Positions 43,989 to 55,000 of a DNA stretch of 61,685 nucleotides are shown here, in pieces. Numbering within the stretch: the first letter of the stretch is position 1; each line of letters starts with the position of its first letter. A model generated the notes under the pieces. That model worked only from the letters and a program-made list of their open reading frames with translations. It made no database searches and was not told where the DNA came from. The DNA comes from Candidatus Pacearchaeota archaeon CG10_big_fil_rev_8_21_14_0_10_34_76 (lineage in GTDB: Archaea > Nanobdellota > Nanobdellia > Pacearchaeales > GW2011-AR1): contig PFDB01000002.1 of the NCBI GenBank assembly GCA_002763075.1, positions 128,286-189,970 of the forward strand, in the 5' to 3' direction. The position numbers and the translations under genes are program-made.

Positions 43989-46604
43989 ATGCTCAATATG
44001 GCTCGGGAAATAACCTTTATGGAAGAGCCTCATGCTGCTGCTGAAGTTAGAAAGATATTACATCCGCTTGTTGCTGAATGGTTTTTTAGGAAATTTGACG
44101 ACTTTTCGCTGACACAGTTGTATGGGGTGAAGACAATATCTGACAGGAAAAATATACTGATAAGTGCGCCTACTGGAGGGACTAAGACACTTACTGCCTT
44201 TCTTGGAATAATAAATTATGTTGTTGGGTTGGCCTTGAAGAATGAACTTGAAGAAAAAATTTATGCAGTTTATGTTTCACCTTTAAAGGCATTGAGCAAT
44301 GATATTTTTGTGAATTTGGAAGCTCCCCTTAGTGAAATTTACGATCTTGCAAAGGAAAGGGGGCTTGAAATGCAGAATATTAGGGTAGGTGTTAGGACTG
44401 GGGACACTACGGTTTCTGAAAGGGCGAAACATGCTAGAAAAGTTCCCCATATTTATGTCACGACCCCTGAAAGTCTTGCTATAGTACTTACTACAACTAA
44501 ATTTGTAGAGAATCTTTCTGCTTTAGAATTCATTATAGTAGATGAGATTCATGCCATGGCAAATAAAAGGGGCGTATATATGAGCTTAACATTGGAAAGA
44601 CTTTGTGAATTAAGTTTGATTGAACCAGTTCGTATTGGACTTAGTGCGACTATTGCTCCTCTTGAAGATATTGCAAGATTTTTAGTTGGAGAAGGAAGAG
44701 ATTGTCTTATAGCAAGGGTAAAATTAATGAAAAAAATTGATATTGGGTTAATATCTCCTGCAAAAGATTTGATTGAAGCAGATAGCATTCAAAGTCAAAA
44801 GGAATTGTATAAGATTTTAGATGGATTAATACAAGACCATAAAACAACTTTAATTTTCACAAATACGCGGGCTGCAACTGAAAAAATAATACATTATCTT
44901 GATTTGCATTTTCCTGGAAAATATAACGAGTTAATTGGAGCACATCATAGTTCTATGAGCAAAGAAAATAGATTTGAGATAGAAAATAAGCTTAGAAAGG
45001 GGGAATTGAAGGTTGTTGTGACCTCTACTTCGTTAGAGCTTGGCATTGATATTGGAAACGTTGATTTGGTTATATTACTGAGATCTCCGAAAGGAGTTGC
45101 TCGAGCATTACAAAGAATTGGAAGGGCAGGACATAAATTACACAGCAATCCTAAGGGAAGATTTATTGTGACTGACCGAGATGATCTTATTGAATGTGGT
45201 GTGATGATGAAAGGCATGATTGAAAATAAGATAGATAGAGTTGATATTCCTAAAAATGCCTTAGATGTCCTTGCGCAGCAGATATATGGTATGGCAATTT
45301 CTAAAATATGGAGGGCTGAGGATATGCTTAAGATGATACGAAAAAGTTATTGTTATGCTGATTTAAGTGAAGAAGATTTTTTTGCTGTTGTTTCTTATTT
45401 GGCAGGGGATTACGCCTTGGAACACAGACACGTTTATGCAAAAATCTGGTATGATGCAACTAGTGGAGAGATTGGAAAGAGAGGAAAGACTGCTAGGATA
45501 ATTTATATGACTAATATTGGGACTATACCTGAAGAGGGTTTTATTTCTGTGGTTATAAGTGCTCCAGTGGAAAAGAGGGGGCAGATTATTGGCAAGATTG
45601 ATGAAGCCTTCTTGGAGAAGATGAAAAGAGGAGATGTGTTTGTTTTAGGAGGACATAAATATCAATTTATTAGAAGTCAGGGCATGAAGGCTTATGTTAT
45701 TGCAGATGTTTCTAAAAGCCCCACCATACCTTCTTGGTTTAGTGAAATGCTTCCATTAAGTTATGATGTTGCTATTGAAATCGCTAAATTTAGAAGACTT
45801 GTTAAGGAGAAGATAGAAAATAAGAAGAAAACTTTAGATTTTATCAAGGAATATTTGTATTGTGGAGATATTGAAGCAGACCAAATGTATGATTATTTAT
45901 CTGAGCAAGCGAAATTTAGTGAAATCCCTACAGATAAAGAATTGATAGTTGAAAAATTCAAAAGTGATAAAGAATATTTGTTGTTTCATAGTATGTATGG
46001 GAGAAGAGTAAATGATGCTCTTTCTAGGGCGTATGGGTTTGCTGCTGCAAGATTGAAACATAGAGACATTGAAGTAGGAATAAATGATAACGGATTTTAT
46101 CTTGCTGGGGAGAAGCTTGATGAAAATAAAATTTTAGATTGGGTGAAGGCAAAAGACCTTGAATTAATATTAAAAGAGGCTATAGAAACAACTGATGTTT
46201 TAAGAAGAAGATTTAGGCATTGTGCTTCAAGAAGCTTGATGATATTAAGAACCTATAAAGGAAGAAGCAAGACTGTTGGAAAACAACAAATGCATTCTCA
46301 TTTCTTGTTGGCTGCTGTTAGAAAAATAAGTAATGAGTTTCCGATCTTACAAGAAGCAAGGAGAGAGGTATTTGAAGACGTGATGGATATACATCGGGCT
46401 AAGGGAATTTTGAAAGATATAGAGAATGGAAAGATAAAAGTAAAAAAAGTTAGGACGCCATTGGTTTCGCCGTTTGGATTGAATTTAATATTACAAAGTC
46501 ATGCTGATTTAATAAGAATGGAAGAAAAACTGCAATTTTTAAGGAGAATGCATAAACTTCAAATGGGCATTATTGAAAGCAAAGAAGGAAATGGGAAGGA
46601 ATAA
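43989..46604 (+). CDS. lhr: ATP-dependent helicase Lhr (archaeal Lhr-core)
   Basis: SPLKALSND, RTGDT, TTPES, DEIH, LSAT, HHSS, SLELGIDIG, QRIGRAGH, IGTIP, IPSWFSE. Confidence 0.95.
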   Translation: MLNMAREITFMEEPHAAAEVRKILHPLVAEWFFRKFDDFSLTQLYGVKTISDRKNILISAPTGGTKTLTAFLGIINYVVGLALKNELEEKIYAVYVSPLKALSNDIFVNLEAPLSEIYDLAKERGLEMQNIRVGVRTGDTTVSERAKHARKVPHIYVTTPESLAIVLTTTKFVENLSALEFIIVDEIHAMANKRGVYMSLTLERLCELSLIEPVRIGLSATIAPLEDIARFLVGEGRDCLIARVKLMKKIDIGLISPAKDLIEADSIQSQKELYKILDGLIQDHKTTLIFTNTRAATEKIIHYLDLHFPGKYNELIGAHHSSMSKENRFEIENKLRKGELKVVVTSTSLELGIDIGNVDLVILLRSPKGVARALQRIGRAGHKLHSNPKGRFIVTDRDDLIECGVMMKGMIENKIDRVDIPKNALDVLAQQIYGMAISKIWRAEDMLKMIRKSYCYADLSEEDFFAVVSYLAGDYALEHRHVYAKIWYDATSGEIGKRGKTARIIYMTNIGTIPEEGFISVVISAPVEKRGQIIGKIDEAFLEKMKRGDVFVLGGHKYQFIRSQGMKAYVIADVSKSPTIPSWFSEMLPLSYDVAIEIAKFRRLVKEKIENKKKTLDFIKEYLYCGDIEADQMYDYLSEQAKFSEIPTDKELIVEKFKSDKEYLLFHSMYGRRVNDALSRAYGFAAARLKHRDIEVGINDNGFYLAGEKLDENKILDWVKAKDLELILKEAIETTDVLRRRFRHCASRSLMILRTYKGRSKTVGKQQMHSHFLLAAVRKISNEFPILQEARREVFEDVMDIHRAKGILKDIENGKIKVKKVRTPLVSPFGLNLILQSHADLIRMEEKLQFLRRMHKLQMGIIESKEGNGKE

Positions 46605-46628
46605 AAAGCTTGAAAAATACCTTGATAT

Positions 46629-47045
46629 ATGGGAAAAGTGCTTGGTGGGTTGTTTTTTTTATTTTTTGGAGTCTTTTATTTTATTTTACATGGTGGAATA
46701 ATTTTACTTCATTCGCATTTTAAGGGTGAATTTTCAATTTTTTTTATTTTTAAAATTATAACAATTTCGTTGGGCTTTTTTGTTTTAGGTGGCATCTTGC
46801 TTTTTAAAAAGAAAGAAAATGGGTTTTTCAAGTGGGGTTTTAGAGGAATTGTTATAGTGGCTATATTGGAAATTCTGGTTGATATTTTTAGTTCGTTGGG
46901 GGGGGTTCCTTTATCACTTTCGGCCTCTTATTGGATTCCTGATTTTGTTTATATGGTTGGAGCGGTTGCAATTATAATTGGTTTATTTAAAAAAGATGAG
47001 TTACTTGACCCTAGAATTAATTTGCAAGGTTATCAAAAACCTTAA
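46629..47045 (+). CDS. Hypothetical four-TM membrane protein
   Basis: Phe/Ile-rich hydrophobic ORF between lhr and the phosphoesterase. Confidence 0.6.
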   Translation: MGKVLGGLFFLFFGVFYFILHGGIILLHSHFKGEFSIFFIFKIITISLGFFVLGGILLFKKKENGFFKWGFRGIVIVAILEILVDIFSSLGGVPLSLSASYWIPDFVYMVGAVAIIIGLFKKDELLDPRINLQGYQKP

Positions 47046-47069
47046 TTAGTCTTTTTCTTGCGAGTTTCT

Positions 47070-47819
47070 ATGGAGATTAAATATATCGGTAAAACTTTAC
47101 TTATTGAAGATTCTGGAGAAAGGGTTCTTGTTATTGGAGATCTTCATTTAGGATATGAAGAAGCAATGAGGACTAACGGAATACTTGTGCCCTCTGGAAT
47201 ATATGAAGAGATTGTGAGAGAGATAGAATTAGTTTTTGATTATTTGGAAAAAAAGAGAAAGAAAGTTGATAAGGTTGTTTTATTAGGGGATGTCAGACAT
47301 GAATTTGGAAGAATATTGAAGAGTGAATGGAAAGAAGTTTTGGATTTTTTGGATTATTTAAAAGAAAAAATCGGGAAGAAAGGAGAAATAGTTGTTGTTA
47401 AAGGAAATCACGATACCATGACTGTTAATATTGTGAAAAAGAAAAATATTGAAATTGTTGACTATTATATTTGGGGGGGCCTTGCTTTTTTACATGGAGA
47501 TAAAGATTTTGATGTAGTTTATGATAAAGATATAAAATATTGGGTTATGGGACATGCTCACCCTGCTGTTGTTTTGCAAGACAAAAAAAGTGTAAAAAAA
47601 GAAAAATATAAATGCTTTTTAGTTGGTAAGTTTAAGAGAAAGGAAATAATCGTTGTTCCAAGTTTTTTTCCTATTGTTGAGGGAAGTGATGTGACGGGTT
47701 TAAATGGGAATGAGTTAGGACTTGCTTGGGATTTTAAACTTGGGAGTTTTGAAGTGAAGATTGTTGAAGGAGAGGAAAGCTTGGAAACCTTGGATTTTGG
47801 AAGACTTAATAAATTTTAA
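47070..47819 (+). CDS. Calcineurin-like metallophosphoesterase (Lhr-associated)
   Basis: GDLHLG, LLGDVRH, KGNHD, LHG, MGHAHP, VPSF. Confidence 0.92.
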   Translation: MEIKYIGKTLLIEDSGERVLVIGDLHLGYEEAMRTNGILVPSGIYEEIVREIELVFDYLEKKRKKVDKVVLLGDVRHEFGRILKSEWKEVLDFLDYLKEKIGKKGEIVVVKGNHDTMTVNIVKKKNIEIVDYYIWGGLAFLHGDKDFDVVYDKDIKYWVMGHAHPAVVLQDKKSVKKEKYKCFLVGKFKRKEIIVVPSFFPIVEGSDVTGLNGNELGLAWDFKLGSFEVKIVEGEESLETLDFGRLNKF

Positions 47820-47824
47820 GTAAA

Positions 47825-48232
47825 TTATTTTGCTGGCTTTTGAATTTTAGGTAAACTAATATGAAGGGGGAGTCCTAAATCTTCTTCCATTTGGAGGGCC
47901 TTAAGAGAACATTTATTTAAGATTATATTAAAAACGGGCACCTTTAGTTCGTCATTCATTTTTTTCTTTTTCCAGTCTTTTATTGTTTTGTCTAAAATGT
48001 CTTCCGTTGTGCTTAGTAATAAAATTCCTTCAAAGGTTAGTTCTGCTTGCTTTGTTTCATATTCAATAGAAAATTTGAAAGATATTTTTAATATTTTAGA
48101 ATCCTTCATTATTTCAATGTTGTCTTTTTCTATATTTGTAAATTCAATATTTGTGGAAATTTTTTCTATTTTTTCTAACTTAATATTTCTTTTTGCAGAG
48201 ACATTTGTGAAATTAATACCTAAAAGTTTCAT
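47825..48232 (-). CDS. Hypothetical protein (SecB-like beta/alpha pattern)
   Basis: 135 aa with alternating beta-strand pattern and C-terminal LGLPLHISLP. Confidence 0.6.
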   Translation of the reverse strand: MKLLGINFTNVSAKRNIKLEKIEKISTNIEFTNIEKDNIEIMKDSKILKISFKFSIEYETKQAELTFEGILLLSTTEDILDKTIKDWKKKKMNDELKVPVFNIILNKCSLKALQMEEDLGLPLHISLPKIQKPAK

Positions 48233-48285
48233 GTTTAAGGGGATTTTAAATTCTTTTTAAAGTTTTGTATTATTTAGTTGGAAAG

Positions 48286-48546
48286 TTATAAAAGATCTTC
48301 TTCAGAAACAACTACGAAATCGCCAATAGCTATAATTGAATTATATGGGACTATTGGTTCTTTTTGAGAAGAAATTTCTAAGTTTAAATTTCTCGTGTAT
48401 GGGGTCGCTTCCTTTAATATAATCTGAATTAGTTCTCCTGTTCTTGTTTCAAAAGAAATATCCTTTACTATTCCTAGTCTTTTTCCTTCTTTTGTTACAA
48501 CAAGCCTGCCAACAATGTCTTTTAAGAGCTTTTTATCTAGTGCCAT
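48286..48546 (-). CDS. PRC-barrel domain protein
   Basis: IVGRLVVTKEGKRLGIVKDISFETRTGEL...VPYNSIIAIGDFVVV. Confidence 0.9.
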   Translation of the reverse strand: MALDKKLLKDIVGRLVVTKEGKRLGIVKDISFETRTGELIQIILKEATPYTRNLNLEISSQKEPIVPYNSIIAIGDFVVVSEEDLL

Positions 48547-48699
48547 TGTGGAGATAACTTTGAGAAGTATATAAAGTTTTTCGTGGTCTGTTGTGCTATT
48601 TTAAAGGATTTAATGACAAAGATTTCTTAAATAAATAAGGGATGCAAGTGGAACTTCTTAGGGCAATACATTAAGGTATATGAAAATTAATTGAATTGA

Positions 48700-49180
48700 A
48701 TTGTTGGCACCCTCACCCTATCATTTCCACTGGAAAAATCATAAAGGTTTAAATATAGAGGAGGAAATTCATTTCTTCTTCTTTTCTTTTATAAATATAT
48801 ATATATTATATTATATATATTATATTATTAATATTTAAATAGTATATATTAAAACAAAGCATATCAAAGTATTATATATTAAAATGACCAATATTAAAAT
48901 CCTATGACTTTTGATATTAATAGTTCTTTAATCTCTTATTTTAAAATTTTAAATATTAAACTTTTATAGCATTTCATTAAATGATTTATTTACTCTATTT
49001 AACATTTTTATTAAGATTTTAGTGTGGTTGTTCGTTAATGTTCGTTTAACGCAACAATAATATATTTAATTAAACAGAGACTCCAGTGGAAACGGGGGTG
49101 TGTGTGTTTTTAATAAAATATGACTTTTTTTATAATTTTTCCTCCTGATTTAAATATTTCCATTTGAAATAAAGGTTAAA
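48700..49180. other. oriC: Replication origin oriC: ORBs flanking an AT-rich unwinding element
   Basis: 685-bp non-coding gap upstream of cdc6. ORBs TCCAGTGGAAATGATAGGG (-, about 48716-48734), CTCCAGTGGAAACGGGGG (+, 49081-49098) and a weaker TTCCATTTGAAATAAAGG (49158-49175). Pure A/T tract at about 48790-48840. Confidence 0.88.
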
Positions 49181-49231
49181 TTATAGATAAATTTATAACG
49201 GGAATTGTTTTTGTTTGGCTAGGAAAAAGAG

Positions 49232-50440
49232 ATGACGGTCAAATTAAATAAAATATTCGATTCTATAGCTGGAAATATAATTTTTCGTGATAAAAGTGTT
49301 TTGCAAATAAACCATACGCCTGGATCGATACCACATAGAGATGAACAAATCGAAGCAGTTGCGTCTATATTGGCGCCTTCGCTAAGGGGAGATAGAGTAA
49401 GTAATTTATTTGTTTATGGAAAGACTGGAACTGGAAAGACACTATGTGTGCAATATGTAACAAATGAAATAAGCAAAAGGGTAAAGGAAACCGGAGAGGA
49501 CGTCTTAAAGGTAATATATGTTAATTGTAAGTTGAAAAAGGTAGCTGATACAGAATATAGGATATTAGCTGAAATAATAAATCGACTAGGGGGAAGTGTC
49601 CCAGCGACAGGCCTTCCCACAGATAGCGTTTATAATAAGTTTATTGAATTAATTGATGGGAAGAAACAAGTAATATTAATTGTTTTGGATGAAATAGACC
49701 AGGCTGTAAAGAAAATATCTGATAGTTTTCTCTATACCCTAACAAGATTGAATTCGGAGCTGAAAAATGCACAAATAAGTATTGTCGGAATAAGTAACAG
49801 CTTAACATTTATGGATGAACTAGATCCAAGAGTTAGAAGTTCGCTTGGAGAGGAAGAACTTGTATTTCCTCCATATAATGCATTACAATTGCAAGAAATA
49901 TTAAAGAAAAGAGCAAGTGAGGCCTTTAATGAAGGCATTTTAAGTGAGGGGGTTATAGCAAAGTGTGCTGCCTTTGCAGCAAGAGAACATGGGGATGCAA
50001 GAAGAGCTCTTGATTTGTTGAGGGTTGCTGGAGAATTAGCAGAAAGGTCGGGAATAAAAAAATTGGATGTTGTTAGAATCGACGAAGCAAATAGTAAAAT
50101 AGAAAAAGATAAAATGCTAGATATTATAGAAAGTGAGCCTAAACAGTTTCAACTTGTACTCTTTGCTATTATGAGTCTGAGCCAAGATGAAAAAATGAAT
50201 AAGATCTTTACTGGAGATATTTATAATAAATATGAAGAAATATGCAGAAAGACAAAGAACGAGGCACTTACACAAAGGAGAGTGTCAGATATCGTTGCTG
50301 AGTTTGATATGTTAGGATTAATAAATGCTAAGGTGGTTAGCAAGGGAAGACAAGGACGAACGAGAGAAATAAAATTGATGCTTCCTGAAAATGTTCGCAA
50401 TAAGGCAAGAGAAATATTGATAGAATCATTGAATTTATGA
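49232..50440 (+). CDS. cdc6: Orc1/Cdc6 replication initiator
   Basis: IPHRDEQI, YGKTGTGKT, VLDEID, LDPRVRSSL, FPPYNA, HGDARRALDLLR, C-terminal winged helix. Confidence 0.97.
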   Translation: MTVKLNKIFDSIAGNIIFRDKSVLQINHTPGSIPHRDEQIEAVASILAPSLRGDRVSNLFVYGKTGTGKTLCVQYVTNEISKRVKETGEDVLKVIYVNCKLKKVADTEYRILAEIINRLGGSVPATGLPTDSVYNKFIELIDGKKQVILIVLDEIDQAVKKISDSFLYTLTRLNSELKNAQISIVGISNSLTFMDELDPRVRSSLGEEELVFPPYNALQLQEILKKRASEAFNEGILSEGVIAKCAAFAAREHGDARRALDLLRVAGELAERSGIKKLDVVRIDEANSKIEKDKMLDIIESEPKQFQLVLFAIMSLSQDEKMNKIFTGDIYNKYEEICRKTKNEALTQRRVSDIVAEFDMLGLINAKVVSKGRQGRTREIKLMLPENVRNKAREILIESLNL

Positions 50441-52008
50441 ATCCAAAAATATTAAGTTTAATAAGAGAAAAAGGAATCTTACTAGAGAAGGATCTTTTTG
50501 AGTTGTTAAAGGAATTTGATGATGTAAAACTCGCAGGAGATTTTTTAGAGGGGCTTGAAAGTGTTTCGGGACAAAAAATTATTACTACTTCAAGTCTGAA
50601 TAAGAATTTAAACTATGTTCAAGAAATTGTAAAAGAACTTCCTGGAGAAATGAAGGGGCTTGTTGAAAGGACATTTTTTAAATTGGGACTTAGCCTAGAG
50701 ATAAAAAAAGAGATTGAAATAAAGTCTGGTGAAAATGTTGAGAAAAAAAACAATAATTATCAAATATTCTACGCAGATACAAAGAATGAAAAGAAAATTA
50801 ATGTTCAAGATTTTGTAGGACATTTTAGAGCGAGATACCACCAACTTCAAGGAATCTTAATGGATAGACCAGAGTTGCAAAATTTAATTTCTATAAATAA
50901 AATATCAAGGGAAAGAAATAGTTTTAATATTATAGGAATTGTTTCGGAAAAGCGCAAAACTAAGAATGGAAATCTCATAGTCAAATTTGAGGATATGACT
51001 GGGTCTATAAGTGCCCTCTTTAAAAAAGATGGAGATTGTTTTGTGACGGCAGAAGAACTACAAATGGATGATGTGGTGGCTGTCAAGGCATCTGGAAACA
51101 ATGAAATGATATTCGGACACGAAATAATTTTTCCTGATGTTTTTAAGGATAAAGTAAAATTTGATGAAGAGGTGTGTATTGGATTTATATCTGATGTACA
51201 TACTGGAAGCGCCAAGCACTTGGGTGAGGAATTCAAGAGGTTTTTAGAATGGATAAAAAGCGATGATGAGTTGGCTAAAAAAATAAAATATCTTTTTTTT
51301 GTAGGAGATAATGTGGATGGGGTTGGTGTTTTTCCAGGCCAAGAATCTCTTTTAAAACTTACAAGTCTAAAAGAACAATATAATCTTCTTGCCTCATACC
51401 TTAAAGAAATCCCTTCGGATATTACAATGTTCATGTGTCCTGGACAACACGACTCTGTAAGGGTTCCAGAACCCCAACCAGTCATAGACAACTATTATGG
51501 GGAAGCACTATATGAAATTCCTAATCTTGTTTTGGTCTCAAATCCTTCTACCATAAAGATTTTAGAGAAAGATAAGGTGTTTAAGGTATTGATGTACCAT
51601 GGGGCGAGTATTCACACATTTATTAATGAGATAACTGAATTGAGGATGTTAAAAGCACACAAATGCCCTGCAAAGGCCGTTAAACATATGCTGAAGAGGA
51701 GGCATCTGGCTCCAATGCATGGAGTTTCCACATCTATTGTTTATGTTCCAAACGCAAAGAAAGACCCATTGGTAATAAGTGAAGCCCCAGATGTTCTTTG
51801 TACTGGAGAGGTGCATAGATTAGACATAGAAAATTATCATGGTGTTTTAATAATCACAGGAAGCTGTTGGCAGGCACAAACAGATTTTGAAGAGAAGGTT
51901 GGGAATATTCCAGACCCTTGCAAGGTGCCAGTGTTAAACCTGAAAACTAGGGAATTGAAAATATTAGACTTTACAGGAAATAGTGAGGAAAATAAAAATG
52001 GACATTGA
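50437..52008 (+). CDS. polB: DNA polymerase D small subunit DP1
   Basis: OB fold (EDMTG), SDVHTGS, GDNVDGVG, YHG, RRHLAP, CWQAQTDF. Confidence 0.93.
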   Translation: MNPKILSLIREKGILLEKDLFELLKEFDDVKLAGDFLEGLESVSGQKIITTSSLNKNLNYVQEIVKELPGEMKGLVERTFFKLGLSLEIKKEIEIKSGENVEKKNNNYQIFYADTKNEKKINVQDFVGHFRARYHQLQGILMDRPELQNLISINKISRERNSFNIIGIVSEKRKTKNGNLIVKFEDMTGSISALFKKDGDCFVTAEELQMDDVVAVKASGNNEMIFGHEIIFPDVFKDKVKFDEEVCIGFISDVHTGSAKHLGEEFKRFLEWIKSDDELAKKIKYLFFVGDNVDGVGVFPGQESLLKLTSLKEQYNLLASYLKEIPSDITMFMCPGQHDSVRVPEPQPVIDNYYGEALYEIPNLVLVSNPSTIKILEKDKVFKVLMYHGASIHTFINEITELRMLKAHKCPAKAVKHMLKRRHLAPMHGVSTSIVYVPNAKKDPLVISEAPDVLCTGEVHRLDIENYHGVLIITGSCWQAQTDFEEKVGNIPDPCKVPVLNLKTRELKILDFTGNSEENKNGH

Positions 52009-55000
52009 AGGTCATTTTAATGAGATAGACAAGAAAGTAAAATTGGCATATGTTATTGCAGAAAATGCTCGGAAGAAGGGGCTTGATCCTGTAACTAAGG
52101 TAGAGACCCCATTAGCGATCTCATTGGCTGAAAAAACTGTCGGGTTAATTTCGGTAGTATATCCGCAGATAGCTGATCAAAAAATTGTAGATAGGATACT
52201 TCAACTTGAAGAACAACATGGACAATTAAATACTGCGGTTGCGTTTAAAATTGCAGAAGAGGTTGCTAGAGAGAAATATTGTAAGTTTTCTAGCATGCTA
52301 GAAGCCATGGAAGCAGGAATAAGGGTCGGATTTTCTTATATCACCTTGGGTGTTGTATCTTCTCCCATTGAGGGATTCACAGGACTTAAGGTCGGAAAAA
52401 CAAAAAAGGGAGAAGATTATTTAATTGCTTATTTTTCAGGACCTATAAGAAGTGCAGGAACTACTGCTTCGTGTGTTGTTTTAATGCTTATTGATTATTT
52501 GAGGGAAAATTTTGGATTTGCTAAGTACGATCCCGATGAGAGCGAGGTTAAGAGATATGTAACTGAAAATTATGATTATCATGAAAGAGTTACAAACCTT
52601 CAGTATCTTCCTAGTGAAAAAGAAATAACCTATCTTGCCGAAAATTTACCTATTCAAATAGCCGGAGAACCAACAGAAGACAAAGAAGTTTCAAATTATA
52701 AAGATCTTGCAAGAGTAGAAAGTAATTTTATAAGGGGAGGGATGTGTTTAATATTTTCTGAAGGATTGGCTCAAAAGGCTCAGAAAGGATTGAGGCTTCT
52801 AAAGGGAGTTCAAGAAAAAGGATTTGTAACCAGCGGGTGGGATTATTTAGAAGGATATGTTGAATTAAAAAATAAAAAGGAAAAGGGAGCAAGCGATAGT
52901 TCTCCTACATACATTAAGGATCTTGTAGCCGGGAGACCAGTTTTTGGCCATCCTGCAGCATCTGGTTCATTCAGATTTAGATATGGAAGATCAAGAACTT
53001 GTGGATTTTCAGCAATGTCTGTTCATCCAGCCACCATGGGTATAACAAATTCTTTTATTTCTACTGGAACACAACTTAAGATAGAAAAGCCAACCAAGGG
53101 GTGTGCCATTTCCGTTTCTGATGGTATTGATGGTCCGATAGTGAAAATGAAGGATGGAAGTGTTTTAAGGCCAAAGACATTTGATGAAGCATTAGAAGTG
53201 TATCCTAAAGTTGAAGAGATATTATATTTAGGAGATATATTAGTTCCATTTGGAGATGTTGCAAATAGAAATTATGAACTTATTAAACCAGGGTATGTTG
53301 AAGAATGGTGGAATCTAGAATTACAGAAGGCAAATAGTAAGGAAGATGTAGATTACCTTAATGTTGGTTTTGAAAAATCAATTGAATTATCAAAAAAGTA
53401 TTCTTTGCCATTATATCCTGCGTACATATATTTTTGGAGCCAAATTAAATATGAACAGTTTCTTTCATTGATTGATTGGATTGCACACGGACACTTAAAT
53501 GAGGGAGGGAGCCTTGTATTGCCTTTCAACCATAGTGAGAAAGAAAGGTTTTCTAAGGGAAAGAGGGCCTTGGAATTAATAGGATGTGAACATAACGTAA
53601 CGATAGAAAATGTTGTGATAAACCCAAGAGAAAGTAAGGCACTATTGTTTAATATTGGAGTTGACATTGAAAAGAGCTGGGAGAATCAGATTGAGTTGAT
53701 TTTGAAGAGAATTCCTAAGAGTGGAGATGTAATTGAAATTATAAATAAGTTATGTAGCGTAGTAATAAAAGATAAGGCCGGAAGTTTTATAGGGGCGAGG
53801 ATGGGAAGACCCGAGAAGGCCAAGCTTAGGAAACTTACTGGAAGTCCACATGTTATTTTTCCGGTGGGTGCAGAGGGAGGAAGATTAAGGAGTTTTCAAG
53901 CTGCGCTTGATGTAGGGTTTGTGCAGTCGGATTTTCCATTATTTTATTGTAGTAATTGTAAGGAAGAGGTGGTTTTTCCTAAGTGCGAATGGTGTGGGGC
54001 AGATAGTAAAAAGATGAATTATTGTCCCAGGTGTGATAGAAATTATGAAGGTAATTGTCCAGAACACGAATTTGTTTTACCATATAAAAACAGAAAAATA
54101 GATATTCGAAAATATTTTGAAGGTGCGAAAAAGAGTGTTGGGTTAAGGATTGAGGAGTTACCTGCAGCAGTTAAGGGGGTCAGAGGAACTTCAAGTGAAG
54201 AACATAGGTGTGAATATTTAGCAAAGGGTCTACTAAGGGCAAAATATAATCTCCATGTGAACAAGGATGGGACCATAAGATATGATATGACTGAAATGCC
54301 ACTAACGCATTTTAAGCCAAGGGAAATTGGGACAAGTATAAAAATTTTGAAAAAACTTGGATATGAGAAAGATATATTTGGAAATGAGATTGAGGATGTA
54401 GAACAAACTATAGAAATATTTCCTCATGATATCATACTTCCCTCTTGTCCGTATTCTGGGGATGATAGGGCAGATGAGACATTTGTAAAAGTTAGTCAAT
54501 TCGTGGATGATGAACTAGAGAAGGTATACGGGTTGGAGAGACATTTTAATGCAAATACAAAAGAAGAGATTATTGGAGAGTTGTTTGCATGTATTGCACC
54601 GCATATTTGCACCGCAGTCGTGGGAAGACTAATAGGATTCTCTAAAACTCAAACATTTTTTGCATCACCATATATTCATGCTGCCATGAGAAGAGATTGT
54701 GATGGTGATGAGGCTGCGGTAATGCTTCTTATGGATATGCTTTTGAATTTCTCAAGAAAATTTCTTCCTGCACATAGGGGTGGAACTCAAGATGCTCCTC
54801 TTGTCCTTAATTCAAGAATAAATGCTGGAGAAGTTGATGACCAAATTCTGGATTTTGAAGCAGGAGCATATCCCCTCGAACTTTATGAACTTGCAGAGCA
54901 AAAAAAGCATTCTTCTGAAGTGAAGATTGAAAATATAAAAATGAGACTTAAGGGAGGAAATAACCCATTTATAAATCTTGTATTTACACATAATACTTCA

